A stretch of 64,000 nucleotides of DNA from Octopus sinensis (Eukaryota), in contig NC_043002.1 in assembly GCF_006345805.1 (NCBI RefSeq), positions 85,560,001 through 85,624,000 on the forward strand. Direction: 5' to 3'. The notes under the pieces are model-generated. The model was given only the letters and a program-made list of their open reading frames with translations. It did no database searches and was not told the origin of the DNA. Made by a program: the position numbers and the translations under genes. Shown here in pieces: positions 1 to 13,425 of this stretch; positions within the stretch are counted from its first letter, which is position 1, and every line of letters starts with the position of its first letter.

Positions 1-124
1 AAGATATGTATATGTTACCAAGCCATCATCATTTCCAGATGACAGCTATAGTTACTTATGTTGATTATTGAAACAAAGGGTCTTGAATACTATAATAGGG
101 TAAATCTGGAAGTTGTTTTAATAT

Positions 125-300
125 ATTTGGCATCAGGAAGGGCATCCTTAGCATTAAGATAGGAATCCAGAAACCATACCAAAACACACAATTGGAGTCT
201 GGACAGCTCTCTGGATGGCCAGCTCCTGTCAAAAAGTCCAACTTATGCCAGCATTGAAAATAGATGTTAGACGACAACGACGACGTCGAAGAAGAAGAAT
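125..300 (+). mobile_element. Degenerate 3' end of SINE family D (RTE-type tail)
   Basis: aggaagggcatcc...aagtccaacttatgccagcattgaaaatagatgttagacgac resembles the tail of the better copies (e.g. 11650-11841). Confidence 0.5.
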
Positions 301-2269
301 AGCATACAAGTATTCGAGAATCAAGTGGTAATAATGTCATAGTGTATTCTTTTACTAATGGCGCCACCATCTTCAAGGGTTCTAGCCAATCATGTCAACC
401 CTAATATCTATTTCAGTCTAGTACTTCTTTTATCCATATCTATCTGTCAATTGTAAACATAAAGGGACGTAACTCAACATATCAGCTTATACTGGTAAAC
501 ATGAACACAGACGCACGCATGAATGTACATGCATGTGCACAAACATACATATGCATGCAGACACATGTATGCACAGACATTAACTTCTTTGTTGGTTTAA
601 CTCTGTATTAATTGATCAGACTCAAAGGAAGACCTCCCAGGTGTCTGGATGCTGGAAAAGGAGGAGTTATCTCCAGATAAGGGATGTCATTTGAATACGT
701 GCAACTTTTGCTCTTTCTGACAGTTAACAAGATTTATCGTGCCAATGGACCATACTTAATGCTGCTCTCTTTAAAGTAACAATAATAACTGGCTGAACCA
801 ATGATAAAGAAAAACAGGACCATTGAAAATATTTATAACAACAGAATTTCATTGCTTAATCATTCAAACGCAGTCAGGTTGATTCACTTATCTTTTCATT
901 TTTATTGTCTAATTCAGACATAGTGCCACTGCAATGCCAAAGTTGACATTGCTCTTTAAAAACCAGGCTTTGTTTCTTTGTTTTTTTTACATCAACAACA
1001 ACAACAACAGCAACAATAGCACTAATGATGATGATGATGATGGTGATGATGATAATAATAATAATAGAAATCGCATAATACTGGCTATACACCCACCTTG
1101 CTTCTTTTGAGTTCAGATGAGAATATGTTATTTTAATGTTATTACTCTGTGATAGCAGTGATTACAATGTGGAAGAGAAGACAAAAGATGTTGCCTCTCT
1201 CACAGACAGACAACCAAATTCCAACAGACTGTTGGAATTTTTCAAAGCTGTTCTTCAAATGGGAATCAGAACAACAACAGCAACAATAGAAATAACAACA
1301 AAATATTTAATAAACTACTCTTAAAAACAAAAACCCAACAAAACAGCAAACAAAACTTTGAAATTGCAAATGTTTTAAATTTGACAAAAATCTACATAAT
1401 TTCTGATTTTGCTGCAATGTTTTTCGAAATTTTTCAATGCTATCTTGACCAGATATTTTGTATTATATATTATACCACTTGATGTTGTTGTTGTTTCCAC
1501 TGCTGTTTTGTTGTTGTTGTTGTCGTTGTCATTGTTGTTATTGAAGAATGACAGTTTTTAGCATTTATATATTTGCTATTGTTTAGCTTCATTTCAAGTG
1601 TGTAATAAAACACACTACAGTGTGTTATTTATATTGCAGAAGATGTAAAAGAAAAAAAAGGGGGGAAAAAAAGGACAGAAAAAGAAACAAACAAGAAATG
1701 TTAAGCTATAAAATCTTGAAAAACATTTTTTTCTCTCTCACAATTAATTGAAAGTATCAGGTTAAAATGGTCTTAGAAAAAGCAAAAAAAAAAGCAAATA
1801 AATTTCCAAAATAATTAAAAAAAAAAGAAAAGCATGGCCTCAGTCGGATGGCTGAAACAAGTAAAAGAGTAAAAGAGTAAATATTGAAGCACAATCAGAT
1901 AATGTTTCTTTGACAGTTCCTTTCCACTTGAAAGAATTAACAACAGCAGTTATGGCTCCATTAAGGGAAGAGGTATTCTCACCCATTTATTTTGCAATAT
2001 TTAAAATGATATTTGGTCTTGACAACAAAATATATAAAATAAAGAAAGAAATAAAGACTAATTTCATGTTTTCTCATACATGTATACTTTATTTGTTTGT
2101 TGTTTGAAGAACATGTTCATAGCAACTCAAAATATTGTTCATTGACATTTCTTCATATATTTTCTATACAGACAACAGCAACAGCAGTAGACAATATTGG
2201 TATCTGCAACTAAAAATAAGCTATTACATTCTGCACTGTATGTATATAGTTTACAATCCCATCCAGAGT

Positions 2270-2476
2270 TATTCTTTTCTACTCTAGGCACAAGGCCTGA
2301 AACTTTTGGGGATGGGGCCAGTTGATTAAATCGACCCCAGTACGCAACTGGTACTTAATTTATCGACCCCAGAAGTCAACTTTGGTGGAATTTGAACTTA
2401 GAACATAAACGCAGACGAAATGCTGCTAAGCATTTCTCCCGGCAAGCTAATGTTTCTGCCAGCTCGTTGCCTTCCC
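2270..2476 (-). mobile_element. tRNA-derived SINE family A
   Basis: Shares aatcgaccccagtacgcaactggtacttaatttatcgacccc...gaatttgaact...gccagctcg with copies at 8283, 16249, 32655, 51779 and 53830. Confidence 0.85.
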
Positions 2477-3761
2477 TTTCAAAGTTATTGATCACTTGGT
2501 GGGGGATCATCTATCTGTTCAACTGACCTGCTAGGAATAGCAGCCAAATATCCCTTGAATTAACCCTTTGTTTCTTGCACTGCCCAGTAAACTATAGAGG
2601 TATTTGTAACAGAAGGTAAGCTATATACATACTTTGTGTGTGTAGCTGTTATTCACTTCCAGAGTTAATGATCACATGGTGAGGGATCCTTTATCTGTTC
2701 AGATGACCTGCTACAAATAGCAGCCAAATATCCCTCACATTAACTCTTCATTTCTTGAACCGTCTGGTTGACAGATGACCCCTTTTAACTTCTTTGATTA
2801 GCACATTGCAGCTCTAATAGCATTTTCATGCAGATTACAAAAGTGGTTTCCCATTCCTGTTGAAGGGTTTTACAAACCCTAACTTGTTGATTTTTGCCCA
2901 TTCTGAAAGGGTAAAAAGAAGAATTAATCCCTATTGCTTTTTTCATTGATCCTGAAAGGGTTAATGACAAAGTTGACCTTCATGGGTTTTGAACTTCAAG
3001 CACAGTGTCTGATACTTTAACAACTATCCTATACTTGAACAACTTTGCCAGTTTGCTTCTTCCAATCAAGCTCAATAAAAGAAAGGAGACACTGAATAAT
3101 GTAGTCCTAGATAAGCTATGCCCAAGTAAAAGATTGGTAAGTTATAACTGGAATGACATTAAACATAAGTATGCTTCATCAGAACTGATGTGGAGCTAAT
3201 CAACAACAACTACAACAACAGCAGAATATAAAACCTATGTACAGTCTGTACCACATGAGCCAAAAAAGGTACTTGCTCTACAAAAAACAGCTGCCAACTT
3301 CTTTTGAGTACACTTTTTTTTTTGTTTTGTAAAAGCAAAAGAAAGGACAGATAAGGCAACATGGACTTTAATATATAAAGAGGTAGGTTGGTCACAGCTA
3401 CAATGCCTGTGATCATAGGCCAGATCTGCAGCTAAGTTGTAATACTAACAACAATTACCATAGCAACTATTTGTCATCAAGTATAGTTATTGTCTTATGA
3501 AGAGTATCCACTTTATTAAGTTGTTCTATTATTCTCATCACTAAATCATTTAAGTTTAATCAAAAAATTTCATGGCTTACTTGTTACATAAACTAGTGCT
3601 CATTTTACTATTAAGTTTTCTTGCAGTACAGGTCCCTGGGTAATTTTCCCCAATCGTTCTATTTAGGTTTTACTGTGTTATTTTGTTTAATAAGGATACA
3701 ACACGATACCTTTGATGCAAAAAATAGCAGTCACATCTCCCTTAAATTGAATTCCTTCATC

Positions 3762-4326
3762 TTACCCCTTTAGCATTCAAGTCTCTTTGTCAAATGTAAA
3801 AGAGTAAAGATCCCCTGTGGTCATGAATGACCTTGGAATTGCACCTAGAAAGTTCTCACATGGTTGCTTATGGAAGACCAGCAGTCGCTTATGCATACCA
3901 GCCTCCCTTTTCCATACACTGATGTTACCCAAGGGAAAGGCAAACACTGATACAGTTTAGCACCAGTGACATTACAACTTATTTCTATAGCTAAGTGAAC
4001 TGGAGCAACATGAAATAAAATGTCTTGCTCAAGAACACAGCACACACCCTAGCCAGGGATCAAGTTCACTACCTCATGATTGTGAGTTCGATGCTCTAAC
4101 CACTGAGCCAAGTGCCTTCAGTGCCAAATGTAATGCTTATTTATTCACATTGTTTTGAATTAATCTCACATTATCTTGCAGCTTAAAAATTTCGGTGATG
4201 TGTTTGTATATTTTTAGAATGACATTGTAGGGTAGGTGTGAGAGGTTGGATATGGTCAATTTTAGCATAAAACAGGTAGAATATCTGGGCCGGATATGGC
4301 CAGATTGAATGATATTAAAGGGTTAA
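3762..4326. mobile_element. TTAA-flanked MITE (piggyBac-like ends) carrying a nested SINE
   Basis: Ends ttacccctttagcatt ... attaaagggttaa; body matches copies at 31608, 61446 and 62334. Confidence 0.75.
3800..4119 (-). mobile_element. SINE family B1 (tRNA head, CORE-like gttcttgagcaagacat domain) nested in MITE
   Basis: Reverse complement of the 31696-32036 copy; TSD-like tgtcaaatgtaa (3788) / tgccaaatgtaa (4122). Confidence 0.85.
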
Positions 4327-5056
4327 GAAAAAGAAGAAACATTGGGCAGTTCAGTTAGGACAAAATAATAATAGGCTGATCTTGACTGACTTAAAACTAA
4401 GCAACAATATCAACAACAACATTAACTATTTAAATAGTTATGCATCAATTTATATCATAACTGACCCCCCCACCACCACCACCACCATAAAATATTGTTT
4501 TTTCTAAATATCTGACTGAAAGCTTCTCTATGATTAATTATTATTTTCTCTGACCACCATACTTATCATATCTTGTAGAGTTTAATCAAATAACTCCAAT
4601 ATAGGCTTCCATATTTAGCTACAGCTGTTTACAAACATTTACTGTGTGCCAAGGTTTTAAATAAAATAAGACATTTTTGTTAAGCTTGCTGTTGTGCTCT
4701 TCTCGTAGAATAACACACGTTATTGGATCTCTGCCTCCTGAAAATTCTATTCTGGGATGCAGTGTTTAAGTAAATGAATAAGAAATTCTAAAATAATTCT
4801 CTGTAATTCCATCTGAACATAACATTTTTTTTTGTTTTGTTTTTTTTAAAAAAGGAAATAAAAATAAAGAATTTTTATTGTTTGGTCTGGATGATAAGAT
4901 AGGGCTGTACCAAAATCTTCACTGACTGACTCCCTAAGATTTGGTGAAAATGATGTAGTTGATATTTTTCTGAACAAATATGAGGCATAAACATATTAGT
5001 TAAATATTGAAATATTTGCTTGTGTAGTTTCCCTTCTAAAATCTTATCATCATCAC

Positions 5057-5103
<47 letters not shown>

Positions 5104-5611
5104 CCATTTTAACATCCATTTTTCCGTGCTTGCATGGGTTGGATGAAGCTTATTGAAGCAAATTTTCTATGGCTTCCCAAAAGCGATGCAGCATGAAGTT
5201 TTGTCAGTGAACAGCACACACACATGCACATGCATGCCTGCACACACACACACATTTGTAGCAGGCTGGATGTGATGTGCCATATCAGGTCGATATGATG
5301 TAGCCTACAACTGAATGTAGCGTTTAGATGTAACGCTTCAAGGTTCTTGCGTTGGAGTACCAGTAAATATCAAAGAATCAACACCAAGAAGGAAGAAATA
5401 TTATTTACATATGTTTATTCGTTTGCCCAACAGGTAGTTAAGGAGATAGTAGCAATTCTAGTGATAGTAACAACAAGGATGGCTCGCTGGTTAGTAGTTG
5501 ATAGCACAGAAAAAGGTTGACTGTCAGTAGTAAATGAAAGAGTAAGGAATGCACAGTACTGACTAGAAAGGAAGAAAGTATAGAGGTGGCATCGTCTTTC
5601 TTACTGCCAAG

Positions 5612-5720
5612 GAAAGTGCTGATTTTGGTCATGGCTGACACAAAAGAGCATGTTGCTCCTTGGTCTGACTGATGCAAAAGAGCCGGTGTTGCTCCTTGGT
5701 CATAGCTGACACATAAGAGG
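5612..5720. repeat. Imperfect ~36-bp tandem repeat, ~2.5 copies
   Basis: tggtcatggctgacacaaaagagc..tgttgctcct repeated. Confidence 0.75.
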
Positions 5721-6659
5721 AAGAGATAGAAAATTCTCTGTTATAGAGAATATTGTCAGTAATGTAAGTCAAACTCTAAACAAAGGACTGACCTTTCCTT
5801 GACCAGCAAACGTCCCAGGGGATCGACTGTTTCCTCATCAAACATCTGTTGTGGAGAGGATTTCCTTCTCATTTTGTCAAGCAACAAGCTGGTGGATTTG
5901 GTTTCAAATCTCAGACAGGGTCAAGCTAGATTCATACACATTCATTGCCTTTCATTTATGTGTATGCATACATATCTGTATGCACGAGTGTGTATTGGTG
6001 TGTGAGTTTGTCACTGTTGAAGTTGTGTTTGGAAACTGTGATTAAGGTGCAAGATTCAAGTACATATCAGTAACTTTTTGTGTTTTTTCTCCTCATCTGC
6101 TAATAATAATTACCCAACTTTCTAGGTTGTTCTCACAGCTATCTTGTATCCAAAAATTATACAGTTATTTAAAAAAATTTTCATTCAATAAATAATAAAT
6201 AATATGTATACATTGATAGCAAATTAAAACTTAAAAGAAAGTGAGAGACTTTGCAAATGAAAATGGAATACGCTGCAGTGAATGCAATGAATATTTAAAT
6301 TTGCGAGAAGTTGGAGTTTAAAAAATTCAGTAAGCTTGAGAAATCGAAATTATAAGAAATTTCTTAGATCATGAATTTATAAAAATATTTCCAGACGGAC
6401 AAGCTTTTAATAATTGCTTTCTTGTAGTACTTTTAGTAATTGTTACATACCTAATTAATAAGCAGCTTTCTCCATTATAGTATAGTTGTGCGAAGTGATT
6501 CATTAAATGTTTATAAATTCCATCCAAGGATTATTTTTATTATTACTATATTTATCATTCATTATATTGGTAGAGCTCATTGCAACTTCAAAAAACTGGT
6601 TCACCACTCAGCATCGTTAGACTGTGGCCAGCATAATGGAATAGGAGCTTTATTTGCAT

Positions 6660-6695
6660 AATATATATTATATATATATATATATATAATATATA

Positions 6696-6734
<39 letters not shown>

Positions 6735-6969
6735 TACCTTTTTGATTGTTATTTAAAAAGATAAATAAATAAATAAATAAATAAATATAAATATTAAAAA
6801 ATTAAAAGTTTAAAAATTTATAAATATAAATTAAAAATTTTAAATTTAAATAATTTAATTTTATATTTTATATATTTTGTATATTATATTTATTATATTT
6901 ATTTTTATGTTTCGGTTTATGTTTTTCACTGTTTGATTTGCCTAATAGTGGTTTTATCTCTAATTTAAT

Positions 6970-7066
<97 letters not shown>
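6660..7066. repeat. (TA)n tracts flanking an extremely AT-rich segment
   Basis: (TA)n at 6660-6735 and 6976-7066, with almost only A/T between them. Confidence 0.9.
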
Positions 7067-7067
<1 letters not shown>

Positions 7068-7350
7068 GAAGTTGCATGGCCTAATGGTCAGAGTATCATA
7101 CTCACAGTCATTAGATTGTGGGTTTGATTCCTGTATTGTGCAGTGTGTTGTGTTCTTCAGAAAAACACTTTATTTCACATTACTTTTCAGGTGGGAGAGC
7201 GTCAGAATTGTTGGCCCATCAGCAGAAATGCTTTATAGCATATCTTCCATCTCCCTACATTCTGAGTTCAAATCCTACCTGCCTGGAGAAGGCAATGGGA
7301 AACCGCTCAAGTGCTCATTCCAGACCTAGTCATTATAGCCGAAGTTCCAA
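7066..7350 (+). mobile_element. Degenerate SINE family B
   Basis: gcatggcctaatggtcagag...gggtttgattcc...gtgttgtgttcttcagaaaaacactttatttcac head and CORE-like domain. Confidence 0.7.
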
Positions 7351-7829
7351 TAATCTACTTAACAGTGACAGAGGAGGGTGAAGTGCTTCCCAGGTCATAT
7401 AGAGAATGTTGGAGGAAGCTCAGGTGCTCAATACCTTCCCAAGGGCAGAACACTGATATACTATATGCATGTGTGTGTGTGTGTGTGTGTGTGCTTATGT
7501 GTCCTTGTCTTGACATCATGTAATAGTAGTACAATGATAGTCACTCTTGTACAAGCAGTGTCCTTCATTCCCAGTATTCTGTGAGAACAAGTCTGGCTAT
7601 GGAGAAATATTCCCTTGCTTAGAAACAGGTAAGGGTTGATGATAAGAAAGGCATCCAGCTGTAAAATATTTGTCTCAGTAAAATCCCTCAACCCATGCAA
7701 GCATGGGTTGAATTATTATTATTCTTATTCTTCTTATTATTATTATGATATTGTTCTCATTAAATTCCACAAGCCTTTATTGCCTTCTGATGGAACTAGT
7801 TTGACTGGAGTTTTTTTTTAAGTATTTGT

Positions 7830-8150
7830 AAAATTGCTTTTTGTTTTTCTTTGATGTGTGAATGTACTAGAATGATGTTATGTGGGTGGTTCTAGGAAAA
7901 TTCGAGGGATTGTTTTCAAATGAATTGTGATAACTAGAATCATTGTTTTGATGTTTGGGGAAGGATTGTTGAAGCTGGCTTGGTGATTAATACTTGTGTT
8001 GGTGTTGATTGTTTAGCGTGTAAAAGGAGTGTGAAGTTTCAATGGGTATTATATCAACTTTTGTGTATTATTGTATTATTTGAAAACCTGGACGTGTCAA
8101 ATACATTGAAGTCTGCTCTGATGCTACTGTAGTAGTGTTATTTCAATGTA
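7830..8150 (-). pseudogene. Possible degraded Penelope-like ORF fragment (RT/EN linker)
   Basis: Minus frame reads SFNNPSPNIKTMILVITIHLKTIPRIFLEPPT, reminiscent of the PLE PxI...IF.EPP motif; frameshifted and weak. Confidence 0.3.
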
Positions 8151-8282
8151 ATAATAGCTGACTTCACATTAATATCCATATCTTTCTTCTATTGGTACAA
8201 ACATTCTGTTAGATGTTATAATTTAATATCTAAATGTTTGAGATGAGATGTTATTGGTAAAATTATAATTTGTTTTACTAAT

Positions 8283-8513
8283 ATATTTCTTTACTGCCCA
8301 GAAGGGGCTAAACAGAGGGGACAAACAAGGACAGACGAAAGGATTGAGTCGATTATATCACCCCCAGTGCGAAACTGGTACTTTATTTATCAGCCCCGAA
8401 AGGATGAAAGGGAAAGTTGACCTCGGCGGAATTTGAACTCAGAACGTAACGACAGACGAAATACCGCTAAGCATTTCACCCGGCACGCTAACGTGTCTGC
8501 CAGCTCGCCACCT
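8283..8513 (-). mobile_element. tRNA-derived SINE family A
   Basis: Full-length match to the family from tatttctttact to ccagctcgcc. Confidence 0.9.
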
Positions 8514-8626
8514 TTGTTTTACTAATAACCTCACCTTTACAGATGAAGAATTGTTTTTGATATTTTCATCTTGATCAGGGTGCTCTACAGTGAAACTGAA
8601 CCCAAAGCCACATGACTGAGAAGCAA

Positions 8627-8667
<41 letters not shown>

Positions 8668-9033
8668 TACTTATAAACATACATAAAGTATCAAAATACA
8701 TACATATATATATATATATACACGCACACACATATATATATGTGTATATATATATATTTCAATTTTGGGGGATTAATCGATATGTGGGAATTCTATTTCA
8801 GATAATACAGAAACAACCTAAGGCGTATATCTGACAGTAAACTCATGGTATCAGTTTGCTCATCATGAAATAATATTTAAAGGATATAACCAAAATTACC
8901 AGCAGGGTATATAATATACTTCATTAATTATATTCTTCTTTAGTTACTATTTATATTTATTAAATTAGAAGGAACTACAAGTGTTTCAGTGTTGAAAGAT
9001 TACAATATATATACATATACACAACTGTATACC

Positions 9034-9094
<61 letters not shown>

Positions 9095-9699
9095 AATCGT
9101 CAGATTTACAATTATTCCAACACATCTTCAGGTTCTATTTCAAAATATTATATATCTAATTTTACATCCCTTTAAAAATAAGCAATACAATTAAGCATTA
9201 CTGATTAAAAATTAAGAATAAAAATTATACTTTCTAATACTAAGAATTAAAAGTTAGAAATTATACATTATAAACATGAATTAGTATATATATCAATCAT
9301 GTAAAATCAAGTATATGTCTAATACAGAATGTGAGATATAAAATTAAACATCAGAATAACAATGCCTGTGTTTAAATGTGATACACAACAAGAAAAATCC
9401 AAATATATATCTTCCTTTTTTTGCTGGTACTAAAATGGTGATTTGAGGAAGAAGATAGCCGGGAACTATGGGTATTTATAGGTGATTAGTACCAATGGGG
9501 TTGGTTATTACACTATACATAGTTTTAATTTTAAATTATTCTCTATTATTATTTTCAAATTTACCTGTATTGGGAGGTATATATAATTTGTTATTATATA
9601 ATTTTAGTAATATTTAATTGATATATTTATTTCATTTAAATTATTATTATTTTTTTCTTTTTTTATGATTTTGACTTTTATCAGATATTTTGTATATTT

Positions 9700-10062
9700 C
9701 ATCATCATCGTTTAGCATCTGCTTTCCATGCTAGCATGGGTTGGACGGTTCAGCTGGGGTCTGGGAAGCCAGAAGGCTGCACCAGGCCCAGTCTGATCTG
9801 GCAATGTTTCTATGGCTGGATGCCCTTCCTAACGCCAACCACTCCGTGAATGTAGTGGGTGCTTTTTACATGCCACCGGCACAGGTGCCAGACGAGGCTG
9901 GCAAATGGCCACGATCGGATGGTGCTTTTTACGTGCCACTGGCACGGGGGCCAGGCGAGGCTGGCAATGGCCACAAACGGATGGTGCTTTTTATGTGCCA
10001 CCTGCACGAGGCCAGTCGGGGCGGCGCTGGCAACGGCCACGTTCGGATGGTGCTTACGATAA
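9700..10062 (-). mobile_element. SINE family D with RTE-type 3' end, (TGA)n tail and three ~60-bp subunits
   Basis: catcatcgtttagcatctgctttccatgctagcatggg...ggatgcccttcctaacgccaacc followed by three gtgctttttaYRtgccac units. Confidence 0.85.
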
Positions 10063-10144
10063 ATATGACTCCAAAGTATGATATGTAGATGCATTTAACA
10101 CTGAAAGGTTGCACCTGAATGATTTGGAAATTTGTTTTCCCAAA

Positions 10145-10191
<47 letters not shown>

Positions 10192-10271
10192 AGTAAAATG
10201 AATGTGTTACACCTGGTAGCATGATGGCGTGATTAATAAATTCTCGTATATTCCATCTTCTGTCTTTCATT

Positions 10272-10311
<40 letters not shown>

Positions 10312-10403
10312 TATATATTGGATAGTAAAATGAATGTGTTACACCTGGTAGCATGATGGCGTGATTAATAAATTCTCGTATATTCCATCTTCTGTCTTTC
10401 ATT

Positions 10404-10445
<42 letters not shown>
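10145..10445. repeat. Exact tandem duplication of a ~92-bp segment between (TA)n tracts
   Basis: tggatagtaaaatg...ttcatttgcc occurs at ~10186 and ~10318, apparently identical, each followed by (TA)n. Confidence 0.9.
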
Positions 10446-10477
10446 TATACATGTGTATGTATATACATATATATTTA

Positions 10478-10690
10478 GGTTTGTCTGTGTTTGTCCTCCT
10501 GCCATTATTTGAGAACTGATGCTGGTGTGTTTATGTCCCTGTGACTTAGTGGTCCGGCAAAAGAGACTGATAGAATAAGTACTAAGCTTACAAAGAATAA
10601 GTCCTGGGGTTGATTTGTTTGATTAAAACCCTTTAAGGCGGTGCTCGAGCATGGCTGCAGTCAAATGACTGAAACAAGTAAAAGAAAATA
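10478..10690 (+). mobile_element. 3' half of SINE family C
   Basis: tttgtctgtgtttgtcc...gatagaataagtact...gctcgagcatggctgcagtcaaatgactgaaacaagtaaaag. Confidence 0.85.
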
Positions 10691-11649
10691 AAAGAAAAAT
10701 CGAAGATAAATAAATAAAAAAGTAAATGAATTATTTTAAGCTTTGTTATTTTGTGATGTCATAATCTTTGCTGTATAATATCATACTGCCTTAATCTTGT
10801 CCTAATTCCAAAATCTAGTCTCATGCACAATACTGTCTCAGCAATTCTGCATCAAGGATTATAGTATTAAATGTCCAATGGTTCCTTAGCATCATAATAT
10901 AGCAAAAACCAGCTATCATACTGGAAAGTTGCCTCATTTGATAATTGCTTCATAAGACAGTTATATTCTGTAGTTATTTCATTGCTTCATAATTAGACAA
11001 TTACTGGTGCCTTCTAATGACTTTTTAATCTCATGATTCAAGAGCTTTCTAAAGTATTTAAAATGTGTTCTGTAATCTAATAGTTTGCATTAACAAGATA
11101 TTACAGATGATTCCATTGTGCAGTGTTAAGGCTTTCTGAGCACATTTAAGAAGGGATTTCTTTTCAACAAGCAGAAGGCTAATTTTATAAACCACTCTCT
11201 TTTATTTTTATTTATTTATTTATTATTTTTTTTGTTAATCTTTTATTTGTTTCAGTTACTGGACTGTAGCTGTGCTGTGGCACTGCTTTGAAATGCTTAG
11301 TCAAACGAATTGACTTCAGTACTTAATTTTAAGTCTGGTTCTTATTCTGTCACTACATTAAGGAAACAAACACACACATACATGAATATATATATATATT
11401 TATACATTCAATTAGAGGTTAAATTAGCCTTCTTAAGGAATGGTATCATCCAATTAATTACCGGTTCAATACCTAATATTTATTGGGAACAATAATATTC
11501 ATAAAATAAAAGGCTTGTATCATAGATATAGCATTTAATAAAGATTTATTATTAGCTGTTTCAATTAAGACCAATAAAGGTTAAATAAATATTATCAAAA
11601 TCGTTTGGTGTGGGGGGAGCTAAATCTCTGTGATGATTCTATAATACAT

Positions 11650-11841
11650 GCAGGTGGCACATAATAAGCACCCACTACACTCTTGGAGTGGTTGGCATTA
11701 GGAAGGGCATCCAGCTGTAGAAACTCTGCCAGATCAAGACTGGAGCCTGGTGCAGCCATCTGGTTGTCAGCCCTCAGTCAAAATCGTCCAACCCATGCTA
11801 GCATGGAAAACGGACGTTAAACGATGATGATGATGATGATG
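11650..11841 (+). mobile_element. SINE family D 3' end
   Basis: ggtggcacataataagcaccc...ggaagggcatccagctgtagaa...catggaaaacggacgttaaacgatgatgatg. Confidence 0.9.
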
Positions 11842-12319
11842 TTGTCTACTGTGATGATTCAACACATAAAAAACCTAAAGGTATATTTTTTTCTACCCAA
11901 CTGAACAGATTTTGCCCCCCCAAATTATTTTAATAATATTCATTTAATCTTTATTGGTCTTAATTGAAACAACTGTAATGGACTATGTTTGATTTTTTTC
12001 TGATAAGAAATCTTTATTAAATGCTATATCTCCATTTTCTCATTTTACAAATATATATTTATATATTCATATATTCATATATTCATATATATATTTACCT
12101 AAAATAATAATGTTTTGAATGGCACAGCAATGCACTATAATAACAACAATGGACTATAATAACTATTGTAATTTAATTATCCATAGTCTTATAGTCTCAT
12201 AGTGCATTGTTGTGCCATTCAAAACACATTATTATTTTTAAAAACAATACTCAACGCTTCAAGCAAACTACAATACTCTCCTGTATATTTATATATTTCT
12301 ATACCCACATCTGATGGGA

Positions 12320-12660
12320 TTCTTTCACTTCCTGTCTACCAAACTCACTCACAAGGCTTTGATTTACCTGAAGCTAAAATAGTAAACTCTTGTCCAAGTT
12401 TCCACACAACAGGATTGAACTCAAAACCATGTGGTTGGGAAGCAAACTTCTTACCACGTAACCAATTTCTGGACTGGGCAATGTGTTGTGTTCTTGAGCA
12501 AAACACTTCATTTCATGTTGCTCCAGTCCACTCAGCTGGCAAAAATGAGTAATCCTGCAATGGACCAGTGCCCCGTCCGAGTGGGGAGTTTATATGCCAT
12601 GAAACCAGGAAACAGGCCCTTATGTGCCGGCATAACACTAGAAGGCAACTTTACCTTTCG
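12320..12660. mobile_element. Adjacent fragments: family C 5' half (-) and family B3 body (+)
   Basis: tctaccaaactcactcacaaggcttt...ggattgaactc, then gtgttcttgagcaaaacacttcatttcatgttgctccagtccactcagctggcaaaaatgag. Confidence 0.7.
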
Positions 12661-13425
12661 CTTTGTAGTAGAATATCCATTCTGTTGCAAGCATTTGAAT
12701 CAGATCTCTGTTTTACAGATACCTTCCTTCCTCCCATCTTATACCATTATTGGAAGCTCTGTGAAGGGTCACAGACACTACCATTCTTCTTGGTTAAAAG
12801 ATTAAAAAAACTTTTAAAATTTCCAAATTGAAATAAGTTTTTCTTTTTGCTGTAATGAAGAAGAGAAGTCCGATGTTTCATAAAGACTCTGCCCTCCGCT
12901 TGGAATATGTTCCATTTTGAGCTTTTTGTGCTACTATGTTATCAGTGTAGATCAACCATCATTAACTTCCTCAAATTTTACTGGTTTATTTATCATCTAG
13001 TGGATGGTGTGTTTCTTATGTGTGTGTGTGTGTGTGTGTGTACCTATGTGTGTGTGTGTGCCTATGTGTGTATGTATCTGTTTATGTGGGTAGTTGAAGT
13101 AAAAAGGTTAATTTAGATAGCTTAATACATTTTGATTGAAATGATAAATAATCCGGAAAACCTGAACTACTCTAAGAATAACTCATCTCAAAAAAATATA
13201 CACCTGTAACTCTCTTATCAAGAAATGCATTCATTAGACTGTTTTGTATTGTAAGTTCACAACTAAATATATACAGACTAATTATGCATGTGCACAGCTC
13301 ATCCACACATCCACATACATAACACACATAGCTATTTGAAGATACAAAAGTAATAGCATGTATATGTTGTGTGTGTGTTCATAGATGTAGGTATATTTAC
13401 GCTCACACACACACACACACACACA

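Noticed and set aside
1093-1142. Minus-strand 50-nt exon candidate (SNNIKITYSHLNSKEA) with a gtgggt donor
   Set aside because: No compatible neighbouring exon and no recognisable product.
9860-10060. CRISPR-like or regularly spaced repeat array
   Set aside because: The units are contiguous, diverged tandem subunits of a eukaryotic retroposon, with no unique spacers and no cas genes.
9741-10114. Overlapping 60-115 aa ORFs with repeated GAFY.P motifs
   Set aside because: They are translations of the non-coding subunits of SINE family D and recur at every copy.
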